Notes: generated from the sequence alone by a model not told the origin. Shown: positions 25,038-37,700, counted from the first letter of the stretch. The stretch: DNA of 64,000 nucleotides from Octopus vulgaris (GCA_951406725.2 OX597815.1:181102001-181166000), one strand, 5' to 3'. Numbers and translations are program-made.

Positions 25038-27734
25038 GCTATCACCGAGACTTGGCTGACTCCAGCAGTAAAGGACTCAGAGATCCACCTGCAGGGCTAC
25101 GTCCTTTTCAGATGTGACAGAGGAAAAAGGCGAGGTGGAGGTGTTGCTGTGTATGTTAAGTCTGAGCACAAACCGTCCTGCGGTATTCTACCCACAAATG
25201 CTCAACCTACAACCAAATTCGATGCCGTATATTGCAAGCTGAGCCTATCTGAGTTTTGCCTGCCCGTGTTGGCTGTCTACAGGCCGCCTCTAGCCGACCC
25301 CCAGGACGATGCTCATCTACTCGAGGCGATAAGATTCGTTTCAGCTTCGCATGACTGCTTGGTACTAGGCGACTTCAACGCTCCCACGATCGATTGGCCC
25401 GCATCAATTTGTACAACATCTTCCCGGTTCGGCCAGGCCCTTCTTGACGTGGCTGAAGATTGTTTTCTCTCGCAACATGTTGAATATCCGACAAGGCATC
25501 GGTCTGGGCAGCAGCCATCTATGCTAGATCTGGTATTCTCCCGCTATCCAAGATCAGTGTCAGACGTATCTGTGTGCGCCCCTCTTGCCAAGAGTGATCA
25601 TGCGGTCCTGAAGTTCGTCATGCACACAACTTTTTCCACGCCCACGATTACTTCGCTGCCACGTAGAGTCTTCTCTGCAATTAATCTTGAAATTCTAACC
25701 GAGGCTTCCGCGCTTCTGGACTGGCGTTCCCTGATGACGTTGTCCTCAGTTGACGAACTATGGTCATCCCTCAAAGCATATGTAATCTGTTTGACTGACC
25801 AGGCAGTTCCCGTTGGACTTCCCAAGAGGAAGAAACACAAGCCCTGGGTGACGAAGAAGGTTAAACGAGAACGTCGACTCAGAGATATTGCTTGGGCTGA
25901 ATTCAAAAATCTGGATTCGACTGCAGCTTTTGAGGTGTACAAAACTCAACGAGACCGAGCCGTGAAAATTGAAAAGAAAGAACGCTTCAGTTATGAATAC
26001 AAAATCGCGGCAAATGCCAGTAGCAATCCAAAAACCTTCTTTGCCCATGTCCAGCGGAATTCCTGCTTGAACAACCAGATTGCAACGTTGGTAGACTCAA
26101 CAGGCGTATCGATTGAGGACCCTTATCAACAGAGTCAGTTATTTGCCGAGGCTTTTTCAACTATTTTCAAACAAGATGATGGTCGTGAACCCCCTCCATT
26201 TGATAGATCGGTACCTCCAATGCTTTGATTGATCATCACGCGGGACCAAGTCAAACGTGTTATTCAAGGCCTCGATGTCAACAAGGGTCACGGCCCTGAC
26301 GGCATACACCCACGGGTTATCAAAGCGTTGGCTCCGGTCATCTGCGAGCCCTTAACACGACTATTCAATATGTCATTGGCGACGGGTGTTATACCTGCAG
26401 ACTGGAGAACAGCGATAATCTGCCCAATTTTCAAGAAAGGGAGCCGCGAAGACCCGCTTAACTACCGACCGGTTTCCCTTACATCAATAATCAGCAAGAT
26501 GTTCGAAACCATCCTTAAGAAAAGTATGATGCTCCACCTCCTAAACACAGCCTCGATCACTGATTCCCAACACGGCTTCATGCCGAAGAGATCATGCTTG
26601 ACCAACTTACTAGTAATGGAAGAATTGGTGACGCGCATCCTCGATGATAGTGATGCTGTTGACATCGTTTTATTGGACTTTGCCAAAGCTTTTGACTCGG
26701 TAAACCACCGCCTACTACTTGTCAAGCTTCAAGCATATAGTTTCCATCCGGATATTGTACGATGGGTTGGTGCCTTCCTCTCAGATCGCTCCTTCCAAGT
26801 TCAAGTTAATGGTTCGCGGTCCGACGTCTCCAGTGCGAGCAGTGGCGTGCCTCAAGGTTCAGTGCTTGGGCCCTTGTTGTTCTTAGTCTTCATAAATGAC
26901 TTGCCCGACGACCTCACGCAACACACCCTTCTATTTGCCGACGATATCAAACTGGTCGCTCCTCGCGGTAGTATAGAGGATCTTCGTCGATGCCTCCACC
27001 AAATTTGGAAGTGGTCTAACGATTGGGACCTGTGTCTGAACGTGTCAAAGTGCTGTCATCTGCCTGTCGGCTCTACTCCTGCAACTCAACTTGATTTCGA
27101 GCCGGGTCGTCTGCTGCTGGAGAGGACCGATCAGGTAAAGGACCTGGGTATCTTGGTGGATTCCCCCTTTTCGCCTTCGGCCCAGTGCGTCCATGCTGCC
27201 AACAAAGCGCGCGGAATTCTGTTTTTGATTCGGCGGTCATTCGGAATGCTCACAGCAGCCATATTCCTGCCACTCTATGTCACGCTGGTGAGACCCATAT
27301 TGGAGTATGGGATTCAAGCCTCTTCTCCTTATCTCCTCAAAGACATACAGCACCTCGAAAGAGTCCAGAGGCTGGCTACCCGCATGGTTCATGGTCTCAA
27401 AAATTTGTCCTACGAAGAAAGGCTGAGGACGCTCGACCTTTATTCTCTTGAAAAACGCCGCCGCCGTGGTGATCTCATTCTCGCCCACAACATCATAAGC
27501 GGGAAGTGTAACCTCTCGAAAGAGCTGTTCTTCACTTCTGCTCCAGAGCGTCGGCTGCGGGGTCATTCCGAAAAGCTCTACCTGCGACGATTTCATCTCA
27601 ATCGAAGGAGAGGAGCTTTCTCCGTCCGGGTTGCGGATCCGTGGAACAAGCTGCCAGACGAGATGGTGAAGATGCCGACGACCGCTTTGTTCAAAGCCTC
27701 CCTGGACCTCAAGTGGCCTGAATTCTTTACATGA
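25038..27734 (+). CDS. LINE ORF2 (APE endonuclease plus reverse transcriptase), one in-frame TGA at 26226-26228
   Basis: ORFs 25149-26228 and 26229-27734 are contiguous in the same frame. The frame is open back to the truncation point. Confidence 0.85.
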
Positions 27735-27815
27735 ACACCACCCTGTACTTAACTCCATGTCCCCCTACATGGCCTTGCTATTTGCTTTTGAGCCAAATTA
27801 ACTAACTAACTAACA
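25038..27815 (+). mobile_element. Young CR1-group LINE, 5'-truncated within the APE endonuclease, with (ACTA)n tail
   Basis: AITETWL..DR..GGGV, YRPP, GDFN and SDH (APE domain). [37 protein letters not shown] and FADD (RT domain). Tail AACTAACTAACTAAC. Confidence 0.95.
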
Positions 27816-27875
27816 ACACACGGAGTACCTAATAAGTACCTAATTTAACTGAATCTTAATTGTGTGTATACACAC

Positions 27876-27932
<57 letters not shown>

Positions 27933-28031
27933 ATCAATTAAGAAATCACAGAAAAGGAAAAAGCTAACAAACGTGTGGACGTGGCAAAAGCAATGTATTA
28001 ATAAGACGTTCACAGAGGGGAAAAAGTAGCA

Positions 28032-28066
28032 GTTTTACGTTTCGAGCATAGCTCTTCTTCGGAAAC
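28032..28066 (-). ncRNA. Minimal hammerhead-like motif in a probable Penelope pLTR remnant (~27930-28200)
   Basis: GUUU-CCGAAGA-A-GAGC(uau)GCUC-GAAA-CGUA-AAAC. Stems I and II pair, and the core has U4->C. Confidence 0.6.
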
Positions 28067-28219
28067 GAGAAAAACAAGAAAGTTCATGACGAATGAGGAA
28101 AAAAATCGCCAAGGCACGTGTGGTTACATTTCTGAGGCGACCTGAAGTAGAAGAAATGGAGGGAAGATGGGACAGGAGAATGTGAAAATGGTCATTTTCA
28201 CATTAAAAATCGTTCTGGT

Positions 28220-28220
28220 A

Positions 28221-28258
<38 letters not shown>

Positions 28259-28560
28259 TGTGTGCTAGTGTGTGTATGTATGGTAGTGTGTGCGTGTGGC
28301 AGTAACTGAGTGTCTGTGTCTGTATGGTAGCGTGAGTGCGTCTGGTGGTAACTGTGTGTGTACGTGTATGGTGTGTGGGTGGGTGTGGTATTAACTCTGT
28401 GTGTGTGTATGTGTAAGCATGTGTGCATAGACGGAGTGGGAACGTGTATATGTGTGTGTATACATATGTGTATGGGTCCGTGTGTGTGTGTGTGCATGTG
28501 CGCGTCTGCGTGCGTGTGTGTGTGTGTATAAATATATATATGTATGTATGTATTTGTGTG
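28220..28560. repeat. Degenerate (TG)n microsatellite, followed by a family B SINE tail (to ~28760)
   Basis: Direct reading. Confidence 0.9.
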
Positions 28561-29045
28561 TATCTGCGTTTGTCCCCTCACCATCGCTTGACAACCGATA
28601 TTGGTGTGTTTACACCCGTAACTTAGCGGTTCGGCATAAAAAGACCGATAGAAATAAGTACCAGGCTTAGAAAGAGTAAGTCCTGTGGTCGATTTGTTCG
28701 ACTAAAAGGCGGTGCTCCAGCATGGCCGCACTCAATATGACTGCAACAATTAAAAGAATAAATGAATATCTTCGCCTCGCCCGGGGGCCATACAGACCAT
28801 GCTGACCAAACCGCATGCTCCAACATGCAGTGACGAAATCGTACGGGTGCACCGGGGAAGTCTGTACGTGGAGCCCTTTTCCACTTATCTTGCCCGTTCC
28901 TTCATTTATTTATTTATTTTTGTTTTCTGTACACCTCTAGATTCTGGAAGTGGTCACAACAAAGGCAAACAGGGACATTCCCCTTGTTCCTCTGATTTAT
29001 TGATAGCTCGTGGTGCTGTAGCTATTCCTGAGGGCGTATATATCT

Positions 29046-29400
29046 ATGAAGGTGCATGGCTCAGATGTGAAGGCGCATGGCTCAGCGGTTAGAGCGTCAG
29101 TGGTTAGGTTGTGAGTTCGATTCCCGGACCGGACTGTGTGTTGTGTTGTGTTCTTGAGCAAGACACTTTATTTCACGTTGTTCCAGTCAACTCAGCTGTA
29201 GAAATAAATTGTGACATCATTGGTGCCAAGCTGTATCGGCCCCTTTGCATTTCCCTTGGATAACATCAGTGGTGTGGAGAGGGGAGGCTGGTATGCATGA
29301 GCGACTTCTGGTCTTCCATAAACAACCTTGCCCGGACTTGTGCCTCGGAGGATAACTTTCTAGGTGCAATCCCATGGTCATTCATGACCGAAGAGGGTCT
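29046..29400 (+). mobile_element. SINE family D
   Basis: Homologous to 20180-20515, with a short duplicated 5' start. Confidence 0.9.
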
Positions 29401-29439
29401 CCTGTCAGAGGAAAAAAGTAGAGAAGCTATTTTCTTTTA

Positions 29440-29830
29440 AAAGGCTGATGTAGAAGTGTTCTAGACTGTTGTTTATACATCTAAGTGTTTGGAGATTTTC
29501 ATGAAATATGAGAAGTGCGGTTTGTTGCAGTAGGAATCTGTCATTCGTTTTTAGTATATTTATCTCGCTGTGTAGGTGCTTTGTACACGAGGCTGTGATG
29601 ATTCATAATATAGTTTTCAGATAATTTTAGTTTATTGCAGTTTGTTGCAAAGAGATTGGGGTGACATAATCCATGATAGACTAAATACTTTTGTATGTTG
29701 TTTAGATTTCACTGTATATTATTTGTATGTTGTGAATGTTGCAGAGTCGGTGACTTCCAGTGCATTTTGTCCTTCGTTGTATCGGCATGTTTCACGTTTT
29801 ATACTGTTGGCTTTCCATCGGAGATGGTTT
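29440..29830 (-). pseudogene. Highly decayed I/Nimb-group LINE fragment (post-RT region)
   Basis: HLHSEINILK resembles HLHxETxILP. The rest is frameshifted. Confidence 0.35.
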
Positions 29831-30114
29831 TACAAAAACGAAAATGAAAATCGTTCTCGTTTATGTATTTGTTCGGCAACTTCCGTAGATAATTTCTATT
29901 TCTTTAATTTTTTGTCTCAGCAGAACAGTGAAAGACGAGGTCGCGCACACACACACACACAAATAACATAAATACGCGTACATAAAGTTTTTACGGAAAT
30001 TGCCGAACAACAAGATAAAATAGAACGATTTTCATTTTCAGTTTCGTTATGCTATATCCGAAAGTGATAGTTTTACTTTCTGTTCTCTGGTGTTGCTGGT
30101 TTGTTTGTTGAGCG

Positions 30115-30462
30115 TAGCGGTCTTCGTCCCAGAGCTCGCAAGATCGCGCCTTTGCTATTCATAAGACCCGCAGAAGAGAAAGCAGGTCAACCCCCGACAC
30201 CGAGAGCATCGACGGATGGATGAATGCGCATCCAGGCTCAGCGGTTGCGTAGGAAGTCGGGGAAAAGAAACAGGAAGAAAGAGTGAGAGAAAGCTGGAGC
30301 GAAAGAGTATAACAGGGGTCGCCACCGCCCCCCTGCCGGAGCCTCGTGGAGCTTTAGGTGTTTTCGCTCAATGAACACACACAACGCTCGGTCTGGGAAT
30401 CGAAACCGCGATCCTCCGACCGCGAGTCCGCTGCCCTAACCACTGGGCCATTGTACCTCCAC
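30115..30462 (-). mobile_element. SINE family C (tail variant ii)
   Basis: Homologous to 4617-4961. Confidence 0.85.
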
Positions 30463-31110
30463 GGTGTAGCTGGTAAGAGAAGAGGCGGTGGATTTGCCAG
30501 GCACTGCATGCAGTCTTTTGATTTAGAGTCATGTTGGTTATTATAGTATTGGGGTAGTTGTACCGTTTTTTAAAAAAATTTTATGTTTGTTTCAGTCTTT
30601 TAAAATCTTTTCCTTGCAATTTCAAATAACTGAATTATCATTCTCGCCCCATTGAATGAATGAATAGCAATTTGCTTAAAAGAGTTAAGAAGTACTTTGC
30701 GGAACCCGTGTCTGTCTAGATTTAACATATATATTGCTCCTAATGAAATAATTTATTGTTGGTCACTTTAGGTTTTTGGTTACCTTATTAAGCAGAATTA
30801 GTTCGGTTAGATACACCTGTTTTTTTTTTCTTTTTGTTTTGTTTCTCGCTCTACTCCATACTTTTGTATCTCATATAGAGTGACTGACTGCTATGTCTAA
30901 TTGGTGTTCATGACATACTTTCTACTCGACGAAGAGAAGAAAGAAAGTTCGTCACAGAAGGTAACAGATGAAGTTCCAGTATGGTCGATACATGTCTAAT
31001 GGTTTATTACTCGTACAGCACTTCGTTTAAACGATTTACGAAGTGCTTTGAATGCATATATGTGTAACTGGGGTGCACACACATACACACATGCATATGT
31101 ATATTGTATA

Positions 31111-31493
31111 CTAGCAGTATCGCCCGGCGTTGCTCGGGTTTGTTTTGACCCTTTAGAATTGGAATTTTTGAAAAGTAAAAATTTTGCATTATGTAGCTCT
31201 TTAAGTGAACAGTTTTCTGGTTGAAATACACCGAAAAATGGCTACACAACAGTAAAAAAATCGTAAAAAGTAGGGATTTTCATAGAAAAAAAGCACCTTT
31301 TTGCTGTAAATAATTTTTGGTGTTAACATGGTCCGATTTGAATTTTTTCTTCTACGGAATGAAGAGCAAGCCTTCTTCTATCATACTCTCAATTTTGGTC
31401 AACTTGCGCCGCAGGGTCTCGGAGGAGATAGTGTTAGTTGAAGGCTACCAAACCTGCCATACACAGACAACTTCAGCTTTATATATAGAGAGA
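31111..31493 (-). mobile_element. Non-autonomous Helitron, family H1
   Basis: A|TC 5' end, sub-terminal hairpin CCCGAGCAACGCCGGG, CTAG|T 3' end and no TSD. Second copy at 42682-43072. Confidence 0.85.
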
Positions 31494-32129
31494 TGTATGT
31501 GCGTGTGCACAAGTATCTATGTATATTTCTTTATCACGTCAATAAGTTTAATAAATTGGAGGCAATGAATGGACAGGAATACTTATAAGAACAGTATTTA
31601 GATACGCCCCTTTTATACATTGCGTCTAGATCTCCCGTACTGGACCTCGCCATTAATTCATTTTGGTCTGGTGACGTAAACACTGAGAGTATATTGCCTA
31701 TAATCTTCCCATATAAACAAGCGACCTTGTGCCAATATAGGAAGTCATTAAGTCATACAGGCATAGTAATTAATTACTTCTAATGAATTATGCGCAAACA
31801 CCAGGAAGAGCTTTTGAAGCACAGGTTGCATCCAATAATTATATAAAAAAACAAACCCGAAGAGCAACAACAACAAAAATAACTACAACACACTTGTTAA
31901 TTTCCTTATATCAAAACTGTAGTTGAAGCAAATATTTTTCAGCTCCGTCGACCTATTTCTGATTTAACTTTTGGCATTTTTCTTCCAGCATAATTTGATG
32001 TCATAGTTTACATATTTTCCTCATACGAAAGTGTACAAACGCATCCCACCAGCTGCACACACACACACACACACCGGCCTACTGTCATACACATCGTGTA
32101 TGTAAACAAATGGAAACACGCATATACGT

Positions 32130-32299
32130 AGAAACATATGCATACATACATAAATACATATATATATATATGTGTGCGAGTGTGTACATATATAAATATG
32201 TATACATGCATAAATACACACTTATGTATATATATATCTATATATATATAAATATATCTTTCTATATATATATATATGTATATATATATATAGATATAT

Positions 32300-32338
<39 letters not shown>

Positions 32339-32368
32339 TACATATATATATCTTTCTATGTATATATA

Positions 32369-32427
<59 letters not shown>

Positions 32428-32500
32428 ATATATATACATAGAAAAATATATATGTATATACGCGCGCCCGCGCAAACATAAACACAGATAGATATAGAGA
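32130..32500. repeat. Compound (TA)n/(TG)n microsatellite
   Basis: Direct reading. Confidence 0.95.
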
Positions 32501-33318
32501 GATAGAGACTACCATATGTTATACGATAAAAAGTTCTACTGGAAACTATTGAAAAAGCATTTCTAAGAATTTGTACCAATAATAAAAGAATCAGAAAACG
32601 TATAATTTGCGATATTCAAATCAAATGTTTTAATTGCATTTTTTTTTTTTTTTACCATACGGGATTATAACGTCCTGGAGATTATTATGAAGGTACTCAA
32701 ATTAACAGATCCATCAACGATTGCAACATGCTTAAAACCTAGATATCTGCTAAGCTGTGTTGAAAGATTTTTGGAATCTTTTACCTTTTGACCGACAGAT
32801 TTAAAAAATAATTTTTTGTAACTAAACACTTTCAAACTTCGTACACTGGTAGAATGTGTCATATAAAACATCTTTTACTCTTAGCATTTTTGAGAAAAAC
32901 TTATATTTACGAAGTTATTTCGTGTTAAAGTAATCGTATTTCGGTAATTTCAACCAATCAATGACGTGTATTCAGCTGAATAAAATTACTGCCATTTGTT
33001 TGTCAACAACAACTACCGGCGGTAGTTGTTGAGCTGTTTCCTGAAGACGAAATTTGGAACAGTGAAGTGAGGAGATAACAAGAAAGTTATTTGACGTGGA
33101 CCCCATCTGACGGATGAATGTACAAACCAACGTCAGTCAATGTAAGAAGCCTAAAACGAGATGTTAACGCATTCTCACGCTGAACCCCGAAAGTTCAATC
33201 GGAACGACAACAAATTCGATTAATAAGTTATTGAGAAGTTTGCAGTATTTCGTTGGCCATGGTGGATGGGCGTGTATTGTAGCGACAAAACTCAGAAGGA
33301 AACTGAAAGAAGCCCGTC

Positions 33319-33319
<1 letters not shown>

Positions 33320-33361
<42 letters not shown>

Positions 33362-33534
33362 AAATTACGCGAAAGAGGATGCGTCGGCGTTCATATATAC
33401 TATATTATATATATATATATATATATAATACATACGCGAAGAGAGGATGACAAGTCGGCGTTCTATATAAATATATATATATAATATATATATATATATA
33501 ATATTATATATGATAACATACTAGTTCAATATAT

Positions 33535-33585
<51 letters not shown>

Positions 33586-33650
33586 TATATACATACGTTT
33601 ATGTGCATACTTACATCTATACGTATATATATATATATGCCCACATATGC

Positions 33651-33718
<68 letters not shown>

Positions 33719-33800
33719 ATGTACAATATGTATGTATATATGCATATATATATATATATATATATAATTTATATTATATATATATATTATGTATGTATAT
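33320..33800. repeat. Expanded (TA)n/(TG)n tract inside a family B SINE (flanks 33295-33320 and 33810-34003)
   Basis: GAAAGAAGCCCGTCG upstream and the family B tail downstream. Confidence 0.85.
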
Positions 33801-34322
33801 ATTTGTGTGTCTGTATTTGTCCCCTCTCCAACCATCGCTTAACAACCGATGTTGGTGTGTTTATGTCCCTGTAACTGAGCGGTTCGGCTAAAGAAGTCGA
33901 TAGCATAAGTACTAGGCTTACAAAGAATAAGTCCTGGGGTCGATTTGTTCGACTAAAGGCGATGCTCCAGCATGGCCGCAGTCAAATGACAGAAACAAGT
34001 AGAAAAAAAATACTCAAATATAAGCTGATGTATAATAAATATACAACAGAAACGCGAAAGGATGAAGCTGTGCAAAAAAGATGAGGTGAACGAATGAAAA
34101 TATTGTTGGCTCGAAAACAATTGGAACCGTTTACGCTATTTTGTTGCGGAATCTTTTTATTCACATTTTTCAGTCGGCAATTTTCCAGGAACATTTAAAA
34201 TCTTTTTCACGTTTTTTTGATTAAATGCATGAATGAGCTGAATGCGTCTCTACCTCTGTCTGCCTGTCTACACCCGCCCCTCTCTCTCTCTCTCTCTTAT
34301 GTTTGTGTGTGCAAACATACAT

Positions 34323-34650
34323 GTGGAGGCGCAATGGCCCAGTGTATAGGGCAGCGGACTCGTAGTGTTTATTGAGCGAAAGCACCTAAAGCTCCACGAG
34401 GCTCCGGCATGGGGTTGATGGTGAACCCTGCTGTACTCTTTCACCACAACTTTCTCTCACTCTTTCCGTACCGGTATTTCAAAGGGGCCAGCCTTGTCAC
34501 ACACTGTGTCACGCTGAATCTCCCCGAGGAGTACGTTAAGGGTACACGTGTCTGTGGAGTATTCAGCCACTTGCATGTTAGCTTCACGAGCAGGTTGTTC
34601 CGTTGATCGGATCAACTGGAACACTCGTCGTCGCAACCGACGGAGTGCTG
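34323..34650 (+). mobile_element. SINE family C
   Basis: Head and tail as in 5852-6216. Confidence 0.85.
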
Positions 34651-34886
34651 CCAAACATATATACGTATGTATATTGTTTTATTCTTTTTTTTCTCTTACT
34701 TGTTTCAGTCATTTGACTGCGGCCATGCAATCGAAGAAATTTTAGTCGAAGACATTGACCCCAGGACATATTCTTTGTAACCGCGAACCGCAAAGTTACA
34801 GGGACATAACCATATCAACAGCGGTTGTGGTGGTGGTAATGGGGTGGGGACAAACACAGACACACATAAATATATACGTACATACA

Positions 34887-35446
34887 TCTCTTATATAAAA
34901 TCGTTCTGTCTGTCTGTCTGTATGTCTTCTCGGATCTCGGGCATCCTCCATCCGATTGCGCTCAAATTTGATATGTATATACCGACGGTATCAGGGCGTG
35001 TATAAGTCTTGAAAAAATTACAAAAATCTATTCCAGGTGAGAATGCGATCGATAAAGTCGTTTTTGTCCTGCTTTTCTTGCGTCAACCTGTACATAACTG
35101 CACCTTCCATTTTTTGTTGTTTTTGTACTGCTTAAAGGCACGTTTCTTTCCTGCCAAGCTTACTATTAAAACCATGTTTGTGTTCTCCCAGTCAACAGCC
35201 TTACCATTACTGGTACTTTAAACTCTTCAGTTGCATATTTGTGTGAATAAAATCGTTTTTCTTTGGAATAGAAAAAAGTCTATCTTTATTTTTTCTTTTG
35301 CTGGTGTCTCAAATTTAGGTTAAATCACTGTTTCTCAAAGGGGAGGCCTATGGGGCTGTCGGACAAGTTGTTTTGAGAAAATTTAGTTTAAACGTTTGAC
35401 AACTCAGCACCGTCCATTGGACGGTGGGTGGGGGGCGTTTTGTTCG
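34887..35446 (+). mobile_element. Non-autonomous Helitron-like element, family H2
   Basis: A|TC start, (GTCT)n near the 5' end, 3' palindrome CACCGTCCA-T-TGGACGGTG, and end TTCG|T. Homologue at 12745-13120. Confidence 0.65.
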
Positions 35447-35810
35447 TGTATATATATGCATGTACATATGTATATGTACATGTATATCTATATGAATATA
35501 TGCGCGTGTGTGTGATACGTATACATATATATATATATATATATATTAATATTTGAAGGAAAAAAATCCAAACTTACAAGGAAAAAAAATTCAATTTAGA
35601 AGTACTAAATCAAATTTCACACAATATAATATATATATATGAAAAAAAATAGAAAAGAAAACACCTTTTATTAATTCAAAATGAACAATTAAATTACACC
35701 ATCCAGAATTTTATTGTTATTTTAATGTTAATATTTCTATTATATGTAATTTTCTGGATGGTGTAAGTTAATTGTTCATTTTGAATTGCTAAAAGGTGTT
35801 TTTATTTCTA

Positions 35811-35869
<59 letters not shown>

Positions 35870-35910
35870 CATACATATATATATATATATGTATATATGT
35901 ATATATATAT

Positions 35911-37698
35911 GTGTTCACTACACCTCTAGGACACAGGCAAGTAAACAACCCAGAAGAATTCTTTGCCACTTTACCAGCGGCCAAAGAGACAAAAATTGAG
36001 TACATCAACATCGAAGAAGATGATATCACACTAGCCATTGATGAGATTGACACAAACTCAGCTGCTGGACCTGATGGATTCCCAGCGATCCTTCTCAAAT
36101 CGTGCAAACGAGCCCTTGCAAAACCGCTACAGCTTCTTTTTCAGAGCTTTCTTGCAAGTGGTAAGCTCCCAGTCAAACTGAAAGAGGGGGTAATATGCCC
36201 TATCCATAAGGGAGGTAGCAGAGCAGATGCTAAAAATTATAGGCCTATCTCTCTGACCTCACACATCAGCAAAGTCATGGAACGAATAGTCCGTAAGAAA
36301 CTAATCATGTTCCTTGAAGAAAATGACTTACTGTCTGACACCCAGCATAGATTTCGACCAGGTAGAGGCTGCCTAACACAGCTCCTGCAACACTATGACT
36401 GGGTGTTGAAACAGCTACTAAATGGCTCAAATGTGGATGTAATATATCTTGACTTTGCAAAAGCCTTTGATAAAGTCGACCATGGTATGATCTGTCACAA
36501 ACTGCGTGGTCTCGGCATAGGCGGGAAACTTGGAGAGTGGCTGCACAACTTCCTAAAAGACAGAAAACAGGCAGTTGTGAGCAATGGAGCCACCTCCAGG
36601 GAAACGCAAATAACAAGCGGTGTCCCACAGGGCACTGTCTTGGGGCCACTGATGTTCATAGTGGCCCTTTCAGACATGCCTTCAGTTGCTACGATGACCA
36701 CCCTTGCTAGCTATGCAGATGACACAAAAGTCTCCCACGCAATACAAAACCCTGAAAATATTGCGCATCTGCAACATGAGCTGGACACAATATACAGGTG
36801 GGCTGAGGACAACAACATGCAGTTTAATGCAGGTAAGTTCCAGGCCCTGCGCTACTGGCACACAAAAGTAAATGACGTGAAGACTGGATACACTGGCCCA
36901 GGAAGAATTGCAATCCCTGAGTCAAAATCAGTGCGTGACCTGGGCATTGACATGAGCAATGATGCATCTTTCCAAATGCATATTGCTAATCTGGTGGTAA
37001 AATGCAGACGGCTAGCTGGATGGATTCTCCGAACTTTCAGAACAAGAGAGAAGGAGACACTGATGGTCCTATGGAAAACATTTGTCCTCAGCCGCTTGGA
37101 CTACTGCTCCCAACTTTGGTCACCACACAATATAAAACAAACAGCAGAACTCGAAGCAACTCAGAGAAGCTACACAAAGAAAATCGTCTCAATGCAAAAT
37201 GTCAGCTACTGGGAAAGACTGAAGGTATTAAACCTCTTCTCCCTGGAGCGGAGGCGGGAGAGATATGCAGTGATATACATCTGGAAAATCCTGGAGGGTC
37301 TTGTCCCAAACTTTGGCATTCAAAGTTACTCCAACCGCAGAACGGGGCGCCGCTGCGTGGTGCCAAGGATTCCAACATCACCATCAAAATACAGGTCCAG
37401 ATACTGCAACAGCTTGGGTTTCAGAGGACCACAGCTCTTTAACATCCTCCCTAAATGCCTGAGAGACTTACATGGTGTGGATGTGGGTTTCTTTAAAACT
37501 AAACTGGATCTCTTCTTGTTGGGAGTCCCAGATGAACCTACCTCACGACAGGAGACACGGATGCGGGCAGCAGCATCGAACTCCTTGTTGATCAAGTGCC
37601 ACGTATCAGAGGTGGATTCACAAACTAGTGTAGCTCATTCAGCGGTGGTGCCCCAGCATGGCCGCAGCCTTCGGGCTAAAACATTTTTAAGGATTTAA
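35911..37698 (+). CDS. Reverse transcriptase (595-aa open frame, 5'-truncated ORF2)
   Basis: [40 protein letters not shown] and SLERRRER motifs. Confidence 0.9.
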   Translation: MFTTPLGHRQVNNPEEFFATLPAAKETKIEYINIEEDDITLAIDEIDTNSAAGPDGFPAILLKSCKRALAKPLQLLFQSFLASGKLPVKLKEGVICPIHKGGSRADAKNYRPISLTSHISKVMERIVRKKLIMFLEENDLLSDTQHRFRPGRGCLTQLLQHYDWVLKQLLNGSNVDVIYLDFAKAFDKVDHGMICHKLRGLGIGGKLGEWLHNFLKDRKQAVVSNGATSRETQITSGVPQGTVLGPLMFIVALSDMPSVATMTTLASYADDTKVSHAIQNPENIAHLQHELDTIYRWAEDNNMQFNAGKFQALRYWHTKVNDVKTGYTGPGRIAIPESKSVRDLGIDMSNDASFQMHIANLVVKCRRLAGWILRTFRTREKETLMVLWKTFVLSRLDYCSQLWSPHNIKQTAELEATQRSYTKKIVSMQNVSYWERLKVLNLFSLERRRERYAVIYIWKILEGLVPNFGIQSYSNRRTGRRCVVPRIPTSPSKYRSRYCNSLGFRGPQLFNILPKCLRDLHGVDVGFFKTKLDLFLLGVPDEPTSRQETRMRAAASNSLLIKCHVSEVDSQTSVAHSAVVPQHGRSLRAKTFLRI

Positions 37699-37700
37699 GG

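Noticed and set aside
27237-27758. 173-aa antisense ORF (and other ORFs overlapping the LINEs)
   Set aside because: Shadow frames of GC-richer RT coding sequence, with no motifs.
27729-27800. SECIS element that would recode the TGA at 26226
   Set aside because: ATGA is present but no plausible SECIS helix II or apical AA loop geometry could be drawn.
32008-33891. Many 60-170-aa ORFs rich in YI/CV/HT (also 28.2-28.6, 38.5-39.0, 49.9-50.4 and 56.6-57.1 kb)
   Set aside because: Translations of (TA)n/(TG)n/(TATG)n microsatellites, not genes.
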